Shown here in pieces: positions 39,262-52,077 of a DNA stretch of 64,000 bases. Source of the stretch: Gnetum montanum (Eukaryota; Plantae; Gnetophyta); assembly GCA_015680685.1 (NCBI GenBank), contig MNCI01002198.1, forward strand, positions 217,775-281,774, read 5' to 3'. Positions within the stretch are counted from its first letter, which is position 1; every line of letters begins with the position of its first letter. Under the pieces are notes generated by a model. That model ran no database searches. It worked only from the letters and a program-made list of their open reading frames with translations, and was not told where the DNA came from. The position numbers were made by a program, and so were the translations under genes.

Positions 39262-39998
39262 TCTTTGTAATAATGAATCCTTTTCATAATTCTTGATACT
39301 TCTAAGTCTCATAAGCCTCACTGACTTGGCTACTTACAAATCTTCTTATGATAAACAGAGTACCATTATACTAATCCCATCACTTAATATTTTTTTCTTA
39401 ATTTTGTAATTCATAACATCATCTTTGGACTTGTTATATCTCTAGGTTTTGCCTTGTAAAGAACTTTCTATGTTGTTCTTGGTGATGCATCTTTTTCTGG
39501 TTTGTGTTTACTTTATCATAAGATACAATATACTTATGATTATCCTTCATAACTCAATATATTACAAACTCTTGTACTTGAAATTGGCTTACTATAATTC
39601 ATTAAGTTCCTCTTGAAATTAACTTCACAAACCTCTCATGTAGTTCATTAAGTCATTATTAACTTAACTTCACTTGACTTTACAAAATAATTCTTCGTAA
39701 CTTATTCTTCATTTTCTTCATCTTTGGCTCCATCTTTATGATGCTTGCCTTTTCCTATTACTTATTATAGGTCTTCTAGGAATTTCTGTAGTTGGTCAGT
39801 CTTATGTGGATAGGCTTTCTTAGGCTCCTTCAACTATCTCAACTGTAGCTTGTTCTTCTTCTTAGTCATCTTATTCATTCCATCGTAACCTTCTAGATAG
39901 TCTTCTCTTCCTATATAGGAAACTAGACTAAATTATGAATGGATCACCTTGGATCTTCTTGTCCTATTTAGGAAACTATATCCTTTTTCATTGCTTCT

Positions 39999-41053
39999 TG
40001 ATGAGACGCGACTTACACTAGGCCGCGATATCGCGTACGCGATATCGCGTCTTCTCCTGCGATATCGCGTACGCGATATCGCGTCCCGCCGCCATATCTA
40101 TAAATAAGAGGCGGCACTCCCTTCATTTCCCAATCCTGGCTAGTGCAGCGAAGCTCTGGCAGATTGATCACTCCAGAGTTAGAATTTTTCCCCATGTGCC
40201 CACAGTAGGAGTCCTAGAGTGAACAGCTCTTTATTCGAGCAGCTTGTAACTTGAACCCAAGTTGTGTACAGCAATAAAGATGAACTTGTTTGGATAAACC
40301 TTGCAGCACGTGGTTTCATTTATTGCTTTCATTTACTGCTTTCCTAGTGCGTTCAAGTACGAACTGATTACGAGCATCTACGGACGTGTACGGCTAGTCA
40401 AGGAATCAGTTGCTTGCCGCAATGCATGAGTACGACTCAATTACGAGCATTGGATGCTTGGTAACCCAGTAGCGTATTCCAGGATTCTGCGCTTTGTAAC
40501 TCCAGGGTCCGATGTGTACGGCTAGTTGAGGAATCGGCTGCTCATTGCTAGGCTAGATCGTGTGATAAGTACGACTTAGTTACGAGCACCCACGGGTGTG
40601 TACGGCTGGCTAAGGAATCGGCTGCTTATCACACGTATGCTAAATAGATGCCTCAGTACGACCACTTCGAGCACTTGCGTTACGTGTGGCAATCCCAGTA
40701 ACGATTAGCGTTTGGTAAGCCACAGTTGCGTAGTTCAGGGTGTGTCCGGTAAGTGGGAACGGATGCTGACGCTAGTTAATTTAGACTTAGATCTTAGTTA
40801 GAGTTAGTTTAGTTTTCTCAACCCTTTCCCCTGATAGCATAGGAGATAAGCCGAAAATACCAAAAAAATCACATACCTCAGACTTGTTTAACCATACACC
40901 GTGACACTTACAAGCAAGCCTGGGAAGACAACGAACGATTAACCCCAAGTGTTTCTTGTGGCGTTAAGGCATTTAGTCTGCGGAGTTCGACCGGATCGCG
41001 CGTGCACGCTCGTATTCGTATGGTTGAGTGTAGGGGTACCTCGCCACTCATCA
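39999..41053 (+). mobile_element. Young solo LTR (Athila-like family) with a perfect 5-bp target-site duplication
   Basis: tgatgag...ctcatca termini, cttct at both 39994-39998 and 41054-41058, TATAAATA near 40099, CpGs intact. The end is homologous to the LTR at 4903. Confidence 0.95.
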
Positions 41054-42530
41054 CTTCTATTTAGAAGTCACTTGTTAACCTTTTGGTTTCTTGAATAGTC
41101 ATTACAAAACTATGAATCGTAGTGACTTATTTATTTTATTATACTTCTTGTTGCTTATTACTTCTAATACATCTATTTTTTCTTGTTCCTTGATTCATTT
41201 TTCTTATTTCTTATTTCATCTTAATCCACTATTTTTCCTTTTATTATTTCATGTTACTCATTGTATCTTATTATTTCACATTGCTTCACACATTACAAAG
41301 TGAGAACTTGTAGTCTTTTATTCTTCATAAGGAGTTGTAACTCTTGACCGAATCATCATGATTATTTGTAATTACTAATATATTAAGATAAGAAACTAAT
41401 GATTGTATCTTAAGTTAGGAATATACTCTAAATACATAGTTAGATAACCTTTGGAGGGGTTATGATACCTAGGGTTTTCTTGTTAAAAAAAAGTAAAAAT
41501 TAATGGCTTTAAGCATACATGTTCTTTTAATCTACTATGTTCTTGATCTTAGTGACTTCAAATGCAAGTGTTCAACTTCTATACTTCTCAAAAATGAAGA
41601 AGATAGTATAGCTAAGCTACCTTTGTATGCAATACATATTAATGTATCATTATAATATTAATACCATGAGTGTTCTTTCATATTTAACTTGTCTCATCTT
41701 GTAAGTGATAAAGATTGTCATGAGATTTATGCATATTTCATCTATGTAATTGAATAATCAAAATCTAGTGCTTGAAGTAAGTTGGAATGCATGCTAAATA
41801 GAATACAATAACATTGTTATAAAAGGAACCTTTGTGTGTTTCTTAATTCTATCTATAGTTTTGGTGATCATTGTGGAATATCAGTAAAAAAATGTATAAT
41901 TGACATTGGTTTATAACTACTATCATGAGTAGTTATGCTTCTTGCTTAGCCAAGATCGAAATTAGCTCTAATACCACTCATAAAAGTTTAAAGAGAATGC
42001 AAGACTAGCATAATTACAAAACTACTCTTTATTCAAAGCCTGTAACATAATTTTTTTGAAGGATTCTTTAAAAAAAAAAAGATAAATTTCAGTCATACTT
42101 TTTAATGATGTATGGAAAATTTTAATGCTTTTATTATAATAAATTTTAAAATTAAAATAAATTAATTTTTAATAAGAATGAATAAAAAATGGATGCTCCA
42201 TATATAAGCTAGAAGAAAACCAATAAATATGTGCAATATAATGTGAATTCTATTAATAATCTTAAATAGGCTTATATGTTGATATACTTGAATATATATA
42301 GGAATTTGAAAATTCTAAAAATATTAGTTTTTATTTAAATCTAATAAATTCAAAATCCTTTAAAGCTTGCATTTGAGATCATTCAAACACTTAACTAGCA
42401 AGTACATCTTTTTCCCATGTCCTAAACAAATATAGCAAAATAGTAAAAAGAAACATACATAAAAAATAACAAAACAGTGAACATAGAAAAATATATAAAA
42501 ACTCAGATAATTGCAAAAATAACCAGCTTG

Positions 42531-43037
42531 TATATATATATATATATAATTTAGCCAAGAGAATCTTATCCCTCTTTGAAAAATCAAGTCTTGCTATCAA
42601 ATATTCTTAACTCATGGATGAGGAACAAGATTTTAACAAACAAATATTTTGGGATCTTTAGACAAAGAACAAGATTTCTAACTCAAAATTTTTAGGTCTC
42701 TTCTTGAGGAAGAAGATTTGTGTATTATACTATGGTATGTTCCCCCTTCTAGCCAAATTGTAAATGCATGAGAAGCACTAATAGAAAAAAAAAAAAACAA
42801 AAACAAAAACAAAAAATTAGCCAAGAGGGAGAACATAACATGGTGGAATGCATGAATCTTCTTCCTCAAGAAGAGATTCTAAAAGATTTGAGTAAGAAAT
42901 ATTATTTCTTATCTAGAGATTGTAGAATATTTATTTGTTAAAATCTTGTTCCTTATCCATGGGTCAAAACTATTTGATGGAAATACTTAATTTTTTGAAG
43001 AAGGATAAGATGCCCTCAACCAAATTATATATATATA
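42531..43037. mobile_element. Foldback/MITE-like element: about 225-bp inverted arms, A-rich spacer, (TA)n at both ends
   Basis: 42531-42760 is the diverged reverse complement of 42815-43037, e.g. tctcttcttgaggaagaagatt / aatcttcttcctcaagaagaga and catggatgaggaacaagattttaacaaa / tttgttaaaatcttgttccttatccatg. Confidence 0.85.
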
Positions 43038-43099
43038 AAACATCAATGATAACAAAACATGTAACATGAAGATTGTGAAATCATTTCCCATTTTATCTA

Positions 43100-44960
43100 A
43101 TGCAACCTTCTTCAACAAGTCTTCTTTGAAGGTTTGAAGCCTCTAAAATTTTGTAATATCTTTTCCTAAAAATTAGAAAAAATATCTTTAAACAGTCAAA
43201 CTATTTTGCTCTAGAAAGCACTACAAATATAAGACATTTTATTTCTTTGTTGCTTATATCAACACTTATCCTTTCAAGGGTCATCCGTTGTCATTTGTGT
43301 ATAGTCAAAGCCCATGTTAATCTCAAAGGTAACTGGTGAGATTCTTCATAAATAATTAGAAGAATAGGTATCTACTTTAGATTTTATTGGTCATAAGGAA
43401 TTCCAATGTATGAGTCAAAGTCAATAATGACATAGAATCGTAGCTTTGGTGGTTTATACTAAGGACTATAAACTATACTTTTAACAACTTCTAAATAATC
43501 ATTAACCAACCTTGCTTTTGGCCATAAATTAATAGTTTACATAATCCTTACACTCTTACAAATAAGAATCATTTGATCTAATTCTCCTTTGTTATCATCC
43601 AAAATCTGATATCATTCTTATTTTTGTCAATCAAACATCATGTAATACATCTTTGTTATTTTAGTAAGATTTTTTTTTAGTACACATATGAACCTTATCC
43701 TTTGTATTAAGCCATTGCATTCAATCTTCAAATCTATCTAAGACATCAAATGTTGGTCGAATATCCATCATAGAGGATAGAAAATCATAATCATAAATGA
43801 GTATTTTTTCCCTCTTGACTATATATTAAAACCTATTTAATTTTTTGTTGTAATGGATTATCTTCCCTTTGTTTGTATACTACATCTAGCATTACAAATG
43901 TAGTAAATATTGATAATAGAGTTTTGATATAAATATTCCTAGGTAAATATGGTATAACATCCTTTATAGAAGGAAGTTGTGCAAGATCTTTAATTGAGAT
44001 AATAGATCTAGCTTTTAAATAATAATCTTGATGACTTGGAAATATTTCTTTCATAGTATATCAATATTATAGAGCAAGTTACCTCCTATAAGCTCATTTT
44101 ATTAATTATGATGTATTTATATTTATTCTCTAGTGATCCCAATGTAGATGAAATAGAAGGCTTATACTCTCCTGTTTCAAGTTTCCATGCAAAATGTATG
44201 GTTGTTGTATTAATATTGTATGCTACACCACCAGTAGAAGCAAGTACTAATAAACTATTCTTACCTAGAAAGAAACTCTGAGAGAATTCTTTACATATGA
44301 CATTAATTAGATATTATTGCTTTTTGTTAAATTATCTTTAGTAATGGATTAATATTCTCATCTTCAAACTAGTAATGTAGGTGGACAATGATAATTTCAT
44401 AACATTTTTTTTGCTAAACACCAAGGGAAGATATGTCCATCCGATTACAATTATTTCCAAACATGATATTCTTCCATTTGATCTATGATTATGGATTAAA
44501 TATGTAGCAATATTTGCAACATCTTGTTCATGGTAGAAACTTAACCAATCATGTTTTCTATCTAGATATTTTAATCCAAGCATCTTAAGTTTGCTTTTGT
44601 AAAAGTTAGCAGATGATAGCAGATGTCGATTTAGTATCTTGATGTTGTATTTCACATCATTCTATACTAGAGGAAGTATATCTTCATAGTGGTCTTTCTC
44701 TACATGGTCATGTTAAAAATATTCATTGGGAGTTTCTTCATACACCTCATAATTATGTTAAACAAATAACTAGTTTTGTTCAATTTCTTCATTGATTCTA
44801 TGAAGATCACTTTGGATATCTCTAAATTGATAATGCAATAGCAATTGACACAAAAAATAATCTATCCATATTTCTTCATTCATTCTTGGAGAAACTAAAA
44901 AGTGAAAATAAGTTCTAACCAAAATATGACTCATTTCCATCATATATGAATTCACATAAA
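43100..44960 (-). pseudogene. PIF1-family (SF1B) helicase relic, Helitron-type
   Basis: Minus strand: 'LLVLASTGGVAYNINTTTIHF' (motif Ia, about 44190-44253), 'YIIINKMS' (decayed DE box, about 44093-44117), 'QLPLRLTWALTIHK*QRMTL' (motif V, about 43275-43335), 'FVVLSR' (motif VI, about 43210-43227). Confidence 0.85.
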
Positions 44961-45199
44961 AATAATGGAAAAATACTATAAGTCACTTACCATAAGAATT
45001 AAATATTCCTTTAATAATTTAAAATAATGAACATAATAGTATAATAGTATCTCATAAGATACTACATAAATGATAATATATCTCCCATATGAAACCATGA
45101 AATATATGTAAATAACTATATCACCAAAACTACATAATTTACTATAGATCACCAAAACCATATAATGAAAAATATAAACATCACATAATAAGTCATGCA

Positions 45200-46085
45200 T
45201 AACCAAGCAACCTTATTTATTAGTATATAATTACCCATGCAATACATATCATTAGGTATTTATAGAAATTTTTGTAATAAGTATATCGTTTACAACATAT
45301 GATCCATATAAAATCATGTGTATTCAAGAAGCCTTTATTACTCATAACTAGTTAATCATGCAAGACCTAGAAACCTCATTTAATTAAGAATTATATATAC
45401 AATATCAAATCATGCATGGCTAAGTAACCTCAATTATCATTAGACAATTGACCATGAAATACCTACCATTAAGTATTTATATAAATTTTCATAATAAGTA
45501 TATCATTTATAATATTTCATTCATATTAAAACATGGATAGTCAAGTAACCTTAGTTATTAGTAGACAATTAACCATGCAATACCTACCATTATGAAATTA
45601 TAGAAAGTTTCATAATAAGTATATCGTTCATAATATATCATCTATATTAAACCATGTGTGACTAAGTGACCTTAGTTATTAGTAGAAAATTAATCATGCA
45701 ATATCTACCATTATGTATTTATAGAAATTTTCAAAATAACTATATCATTCATAATATACTATCCATATTAAATCATGCATGTGCAAGCAACCTCCATTAC
45801 TCATAACTAGCTAATCATGCAAGACCTAAAAACCTATGTTACTGTAAACATTATAGAGACAATATTAAATCATGTATGATAGAGCAACCTGAGTTATCAA
45901 TAGACAAATAATCATGTAATACCTATCATTATTTATTTATATAAATTTTAATAATAAGTATATTGTTCACAATATATCATACATATTAAATCATTCGTAG
46001 TTGAGCAACCTCCATTACTAATAACCCATTAATCATGCAAGACAAAGAAACATACATAATTCATAACTAGTTAATCATGCACGAT
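45200..46085. repeat. Composite tandem array of about 121-bp (A) and about 97-bp (B) units
   Basis: Units begin with aagcaacct-like motifs near 45206(A), 45325(B), 45422(A), 45543(A), 45664(A), 45785(B), 45882(A) and 46002(B). Confidence 0.8.
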
Positions 46086-46682
46086 GCAAGAAATTCCTCT
46101 TATGTATGGGTTCATGTTGAATATATGTGAAATTTGACATGTATGGATGCTTGTTTGTTCATGAATTTTTAAAATTTCTATGTAATTATGATGGTATGAA
46201 ATTGCTTGATTTGATAGAATATTTCTAACGTTCTATTATGTGAATATGTTATCTGATTGAATAGAATTCTTATTGAATTACATAGTTAACATTAGTTATG
46301 AGCTTATGTGAAAACTAACCCTAAATGATTTAGTATCACATGTAGTAAACTTAATTTTCTTTATTTTGATGTTAGTATGTCAAGGTGAAGTGTATTGAAA
46401 CCTACGTTTATAGACTATGATAGGAAAAGTCATTGTGTGAGATGAAATATGGTTTAGTAAAAGATGTAGTTCATATTAGAATGCTTTAGATATGAGAATT
46501 TTCTCAATATATATTTATCTATATGAATGCATAGGAAAATATAAAAATATCACAAATTTCAATAACATATTCAAATGTTTTTGGTTTGTACACTAAAGGA
46601 AGAGAGATAAATATACTAAAGGAATGGAACTAAATGGAGATTGATGTTTAAGTAAAATATAAAAAAGATACCTGAAAATTAC

Positions 46683-46915
46683 TGTTTAGTGGTAATAGTA
46701 CCTCAAACTTCCTATTATGTCCTTTAATGATAAGTAGAATATGGAATATTTAGTTAACTTTGATCTATAATGATTCTGTAAAGGCTTAATATTGGCATGA
46801 AGAACTTGCTAGAGAATGATTGTTTAGTGGTAATTATACCTAGAACTTTATTTTGTCTCCTTTAGTAATAAGATTAATATGGAATATTTAGATAACTCTT
46901 ACTTATGATGATCTA
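46683..46915. repeat. Diverged two-copy repeat, 138-bp period
   Basis: tgtttagtggtaat...aatatggaatatttag at 46683 and 46821. Confidence 0.75.
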
Positions 46916-47210
46916 GTAGTGTTAGTTATTTGTTTCCTAACAATTGTTTCCATGACCTCTTCCTAGATTTTTAAGTGGAACTTTAATATTCTTTTCCTTT
47001 TACTTTTTTGTAGGATTATCATTTTACATTTTTGAAGTTTGATTTATCCTTACAAAAGAAGTTTTTTACTAGTAATTGAATCTATAGTTGAAAAGTTCTT
47101 GACAATATTTGTAAGATAAAGATAAGGATTATATAAAAGTACTATTGTTGATTAGCCTAATTACGATATATATAAAAGTAATATAATTATCATTTAATAT
47201 TGTTAAAAGA

Positions 47211-48834
47211 TGAGGGTTAGTCCTCCTGATGTCATATGAGTGAAGATGTGCTTCTTTAGATGAGTCAACTATGTGTTGGATGCTTCTATCATGGATTTAG
47301 CAATGCTATGATTCTTATCAATAGTTATAATTGTTATCCCTAAACTAGGGTTAGCCCTCATATTGTCATATTAGCAAAGATATTCTCCTTTAGATGAGTC
47401 AACTATGTGTGGGGTGCTTATGTCATGTATTTAACAATGTTGTAATTCTAATGAATAGTTTTAACCCTAGTCCTTGAACTAGGGTTCACCCTTGTGTTAT
47501 CATCTTAGCAAAGATGTGTTCCCTTAGATGAGTGAACTATGTTTGAGGTGCTTGTGCTATGGGTTTAGCAATGTTGTGATTCTAATGAATAATTCTAACC
47601 TTGATCCTTGAACTAGAATTAGTCATCATGTTATCATATCAGTGAATATTTGCTTCCTTTGATGAGTTAAATTTGTATGGGGTGCTTATGTTATGTGGTT
47701 AGCAATGTCATGATTGTAATGGATAGCTCTAACCCTAGTCCCTGAACTAGGGTTAGCCCTCATTTTAGCATCTTAGTGAAGATGTACTTCCTTGAAATAG
47801 TCAATTGTGTGGGGTGCTTGTGTCATAGGTTTAGTAATGTTGTGATTCTAATGGATAGTCTTAACTCCATTCCTTAAACTAGGGTTACCTCTCATGTTGT
47901 CATCTTAGTGAAGATGTGCTCTGTTCAACAAGTCAACTATGTATGGAGTGCTCGTGCCATGGGTTTATTTTGTAATTCTAATGGATAGTTCTAACCGTAG
48001 TTCCAAAACAAGGATTAGCCTTCATGTTATCATATCAGTGAAGATATGCTCCCTTAGATAAGTCAATTATGTGAGGTTCTTATATCACGGATTTATCAAT
48101 GTTTTTATTCTAATGGATAGTTTGAACCCTAGTCCCTAAACTATGGTTATACCTCATTTTGCCATCTTAGCAAAGATGTGCTTCCTTAAAATAGTCAATT
48201 GTGTGTGTGGTGCTTATGTCATGGGTTTAGCAATGTTGTCATTCTAAGGAATAGTTTGAACCCCAATTCCTAAACTAGGGTTAACCCTTAGTATATCATC
48301 TCATTGAAGATGTGCTCCCTTGAACAAGTCAACTATGTGTAGGGTGCTTGTCTCATGGGTTTAGCAATGCTGTGATTCTAATGGATAGTTCTAACCATAG
48401 TCCCTAAACTAAGGTTAGTTATCATATGATCATCTTAGTGAAGATGTGCTTTCTTAGGTAAGTCAATTATGTGTGAAGTGCTTTTGTCATGGGTTTAGCA
48501 ATGTTGTGATTCTAATGAACAATTCTAACCCTAGTCCCTAAACTAGGGGTTATCCTTCATGTTACCATCTCAACAAAGGTATGCTCCCTTGAACGAGTTA
48601 ACTATGTGTGAGATGCTTGTGTCATGAATTTAGCAATGTTGTGATTCTAATAAATAGTTCTAACCTTAGTCCCTGAACTAGGCTTAGCCCTCATGTTGTC
48701 ATCTTAGTGAATATGTACTTCCCTAGACTAGTCAAGAGTATGTGGGGTGCTTGTATCATGGGTTTAGCAATGTTATGATTCTAATGGATAGTTCTAAGCC
48801 CAATCCCTAAACTAGGATTAGCCCTCATGTTGTT
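47211..48834. repeat. Satellite, about 12 copies of a 134-bp unit with an internal palindrome
   Basis: The ctagggtt-type anchor recurs at 47345, 47479, 47613, 47747, 47879, 48009, 48141, 48275, 48409, 48543, 48678 and 48812. Confidence 0.95.
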
Positions 48835-48997
48835 AATTTTTAAGGTTTTGATGCTAATTCTAATGTTAAAAATTATATACATGAGCAACACCATAAAAAA
48901 GAAATAAATTATCATTAACTTTCTATTAGTTTATGTACATATGTATGAGTTGATCTTGCTCATACAATGGGTTATGCCTAAACAACCTCTACATTAT

Positions 48998-49165
48998 GAG
49001 GTGTAAGCCTAGTGATAAAACTTTTGATTTGAGACCTCCAAGTTATGAGTTTGATTTTGGAGGGCATTGCCAAGTTATAAAAGTTTGATTAAACTATATA
49101 CCATGTGGTGTAGCTAGATTACAGTTATTTTGGATTTTAGCATGGTACACAAGGTCATAACATGA
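48998..49165 (+). mobile_element. tRNA-derived SINE, copy 2 (more decayed)
   Basis: gaggtgtaagcctagtgataaaacttttgatttgagacctccaagttatgagtttgattttggagggca...aagttataaa aligns with the reverse complement of 38800-38961. Confidence 0.62.
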
Positions 49166-49596
49166 TATCTATATCATTGGGTTTACCCTCCTAGTTAGAC
49201 TAAAAATATTAGACTTGAGCGAATGTAAAATATAAATTTACTATGAACAAAAAGATGATAACAATAAAAATGATGTTATTAGAAGATGTCATTATCTCTA
49301 TTAATCTCCTAGCTATAGAAATTTTTTTTATTATTTATTTAATCTCAACTATAGAAAAGAATATTTCTTAAGCATAAATATTGACTTTAATGCCTAAGTA
49401 AATATCCTCTATGAAAAGCTCAATCTTGGAAGGATATAATAATGAATCATTAATGTTGAGGTTAGAAAGGATCTAACTACCTATACTATCAATTGGATGA
49501 ATCACTTAAGAAGACAGAGGTTGAGGCTTTAACAAACAAGCTAAAGTCTAAATTTACTTACCCTTACTCTTAAGAAGAGATAAAGAGAGAAATCAA

Positions 49597-49632
49597 TAGT
49601 AATAATAATAATAATAAAAAGATAATAATGAT
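49597..49632. repeat. Imperfect (AAT)n microsatellite
   Basis: aataataataataataaaaagataataatgat. Confidence 0.7.
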
Positions 49633-50378
49633 AAGAATGTTAGAATTAATTATTTGTAGTTGGAAAAGTCAAAGAAACATTTGAAATACATAAAAAACAT
49701 GTGACATAAAAGAACAAAAGAGCGTTGTTTATTCACTTTTCACCATTGCTCTAACTCATGCAAAGTCCACACTGCTCATGTTGCTCACACTCTATACCGC
49801 TACTCTTGTGATGTCTATTCCATTACTCTTGTCACTACTTTTGATCACAATTACCATGCCACTATCACTTTTGATGTCACACCATTCTTGAAATGGTTGT
49901 GTTTTAGAAATTAGCATTTTTTATTGACATGCATATAAAATGTAATTACAAACTTCTTTAATATGCAAACACTATGTAGTTGCTTAATAGAGATGTTATC
50001 ACTAATTCATATACTTTTTTTCATGACTTAGGAATGCTATTATTTCATATTAATTTATACTATCCTTCAAGTCACCACTTTTAGGAATCCATGATTTTCC
50101 TCTACTGATCATCCATTTATACATTTGTGGCTATGATATACTAATATTATTGTTTTGCAAGTTATAGGTTGTAATGTTTTTATTCCCTGTTATTCATGTT
50201 ATAATGGTTTTATTTCTCGCTATCTTTCATCCTATTTACATTATCATTTTTTATAAACTAGATTATTTATTAGTCTAATGTTCCTTATTCTAGGTCAAAA
50301 TTGTAATTATCCTAATAGCATGCATGTGTCTTGGTATTTTAACCATCTATTAAAATGAATTGAGGATTTGAAATGATA

Positions 50379-50654
50379 CCAAAAATAAGTGACATAAAAT
50401 ATATTCATGTAACATGATTTAAAAATTCATAAATATATTAAAAATTTTATTATTATTGTTCCCTTTTTAAAAATATGTTCTTTAAATTGCACATCCAAGT
50501 TGCTTTGGAGGGTTGCTCATCTAAGAAACCGATAATCCATGTACATTTAAATAACAAGAAAGTATGTTTAAATTACATATACTTTATAGAGTTGTGGTTT
50601 TTTAGAATCATTTTTATAAAATTATAAGTGTAAGAAAAGAAATTTATTATAGAA
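50379..50654. repeat. 276-bp direct repeat, left copy
   Basis: ccaaaaataagtgacataaaat...atttattatagaa, repeated at 59531-59806. Confidence 0.95.
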
Positions 50655-52077
50655 TGTAACGTCTGAAAACATCGGTGGCTGGAACACCGAGAGGTTACCA
50701 GGTGTATAGCCTAACCCCGGATCCATGTGAGGGCCGTGGTAGAGAAAATAGAAATGGGGTGCCCTAAATAGTCTTGTCAATTAGATAGGGACTTACAAGG
50801 TGTCAAATAACCTCTTGCAAACAGTAATTTTGGAATGTAATAAGTGATGGGTGTAATGAATGGAAACGTGAGATGCACAACAGTAGAAACATATCATAAC
50901 ATGTAACCGAAACAATAGACACAATTGCACACTTGATAATGCAAAGTAAATGTTGTAATAAGGCAAAAAGAGAGTTTGAATAAGAAGATGCACTACCCCA
51001 AAAGGGGGAGTGTAACCAATTACAAAAGGGTATACACAGTGTACAATAGATGCAGTGGGAGCACAGTTACAACATCAGTGGTGTCAGGCTATGAAGTTTG
51101 GTGCTCACTATTTTGAACTATGCTTGCCAGGTTGGTAGCCATGGTGTACCATGTGAGGTTCTACTGGGCTGCAATGGGGCTACAGTGTACCGTGTGGTGT
51201 GCTCCGGGTCTCGTTCGTCCATAGATCTAAGTGTTAGGATGCCAAAGTGTCAAATGCCAAAATGGAAGTGCCAACTGCCTTGCTGGTGAAAGATGGAAGC
51301 CTCCCCCTTCTTCCCCCTCTTTCCATTAGGGTGTAGGGGTATTTATAGGGCTAGGATTAGCCCAAAATGCAGATCAGGTGCCACATGGCAGTGCGGTGGG
51401 TGGGACCATGTTGTCTGCTATGCTTGTCCCATGTTACGTGTGGGACATAGGATGTTGGCTGCAACACTGGATAGGGTGCTATGCTGCAGTAGACATGGTG
51501 TTGTGCTACGCTGCATAACATGGTGCTATGCTACAGAGTGTGACAGGGTGCTATTCTACACAGCGTAATAGGGTGCTATGTTGTAGTAGACATGGTGCTA
51601 TGCTACGTAGCATAATAGGGTGCTGCACTATGCGAAGCTACACAATGTAACAGTGTGCTACGCTGCATAGCGTAGCACCATGTCTACTACAGTGTAGCAC
51701 CCTGTTACGCTACGTAGCATAACACCATGTCTATTGCAGCGTAGCAATGTGCTACGCTATGCAGGGTAATAGGGTGCTACATTGCACTATGCTACATAGC
51801 GTAACATTTTTCTATGCTACGTAGCGTAACATTTTGCTATGCTACGTAGCATAACAAGATGCTACGTTGCGCTATGCTATGCCGCATAATGGGGTGCTAC
51901 ACTATGCAACATAGCAGACAGTGCTATCGTTCTAACACTTAGAAAAATTTTGTAAATTTGGCAGTTGGAGCTGACTACACCCAACACTCTGGAGAAATTT
52001 GGGCAAAGTACCACCGTTTTGACATTTAGCCAAATTTGTAGTTGCGATGCCAAGACCCAAAATTTTGTGGTGTTTCA
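50655..52077 (-). repeat. 3' LTR
   Basis: tgtaac...gtttca termini, minus-strand TATAAATA near 51340-51347, minisatellite at about 51460-51920. Confidence 0.92.

Noticed and set aside
47211-48834. CRISPR-like array (regular palindromic repeats)
   Set aside because: The sequence between palindromes is also repeated, so there are no unique spacers. There are no cas genes and the context is eukaryotic.
51098-51568. Cys-rich ORFs repeated at 58794-59127
   Set aside because: They are antisense readings of the two LTR copies; the repetition reflects LTR identity rather than protein conservation.
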